A model generated the notes under the pieces. It saw only the letters and a list, made by a program, of their open reading frames with translations. It was not told the origin of the DNA and did no database searches. DNA of 47,603 bases from Jimgerdemannia flammicorona (taxonomy: Eukaryota). Of the stretch, positions 46,759 to 47,603 are shown one piece after another (the stretch's first letter is position 1; each line of letters begins with the position of its first letter). The DNA lies in NCBI GenBank assembly GCA_003990765.1, contig RBNJ01000045.1, positions 1-47,603 of the forward strand. Reading direction: 5' to 3'. A program made the translations under genes and the position numbers.

Positions 46759-47603
46759 TTTTGGAGGCTCAACTGGGAAAGTTTTTCAAAAGACTTGACC
46801 ATTTGGCTCAAGAACCCAGCTATCTATAGTGGAGAACTTAGCAGGACCAAGTCAGCAACCAAACCAGGGGCAGCAACAGCCCTCCTCAGCAGAAAAGAAA
46901 GCCCACACCCTTGTCAGAATAGTAGCCAGGACCTTATTTAACACCAGTAGCCAGAAAACCGAATCAGAAGAAAGAAGTGACCCAGATTACGGTTTGACTT
47001 CAAGAGAAAGGAGACAACTCAGAGGGCAACCAGAACCCCCCCTTCAGATCCAAGACTTAGGCCAAGAAGAAGAAGAGGATATCCCTGAGGAGTATCAGAC
47101 CCTTATCCATAGGAAGAACTCAGACAGAAGTGACTACATAACTACTGTTGTTACTCGAGTCACTCTACTAGACTGGGTATACTTTGAAACATCAGAAGGA
47201 GAAGAGGACTACCATCTATATCAACCAGAGCAAGATGATGATTGGGGATCAGACCATCAAAGGGACAAATTTAATCTATACTATTATCCAGACAGTGACA
47301 CAAACCCACAACAAGATGAACAAGACCTCACTACTTCACAACAGCAAGGGGCAGACGAACTCACTATCAGTTATATCAGTCCACTCCTACCATCAGTTGC
47401 TCGAACTTCAGTACCCTGGTCACTCATATCTTGCCACTATCACCAGTCAATCAGAAGATCTCCACCACTACCCAGAACTTCAACCCCAGCATTAATTAGA
47501 AGAGCCAGATTACCCTCACCCTCACCAAGACACCACCCTCTGCCAGCACCACTAGTTCATCAAGTACTAGCACCACCACCTTTCCCATCACCCCGAGGAT
47601 CTG
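46759..47603 (+). mobile_element. PBS and 5' internal (gag-proximal) region of the second Gypsy
   Basis: TTTTGGAGGCTCAACTGGGAA (46759-46779) nearly identical to the PBS at 27252-27270; downstream Pro/Glu-rich degenerate frames; no pol domain reached within the window. Confidence 0.65.

Overview
Eukaryotic, probably fungal, repeat-dense region made almost entirely of nested transposable elements decayed by C>T/G>A mutation. I can support no host gene, rRNA, tRNA or CRISPR array. From left to right: the right end of a hAT-family element; a chromodomain Ty3/Gypsy pol remnant; two L1/Tx1-like LINE 5' fragments; and a Ty1/Copia interrupted by a 10.4-kb dUTPase-encoding Ty3/Gypsy. Inside a MITE in that Gypsy's LTR sits a head-to-head pair of apparently endonuclease-less Penelope-like retroelements, with poly(A) tails facing outward and a ~750-bp direct target duplication on both flanks. 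Next come a LINE ORF2 split by a complete 6.4-kb hAT transposon (TIRs plus perfect 8-bp TSD), a full-length minus-strand LINE, and a 2.7-kb Gypsy LTR with a long ORF in its putative U3. Top candidate for a new system: the hAT transposon carries, convergent to its transposase, a spliced cargo pseudogene whose reconstructed C-terminus has the motif layout of a TET/JBP-type 2OG-Fe(II) nucleobase dioxygenase. All domain calls come from manual translation and motif recognition; no searches were run, and boundaries without a TIR, TSD or LTR anchor are approximate.
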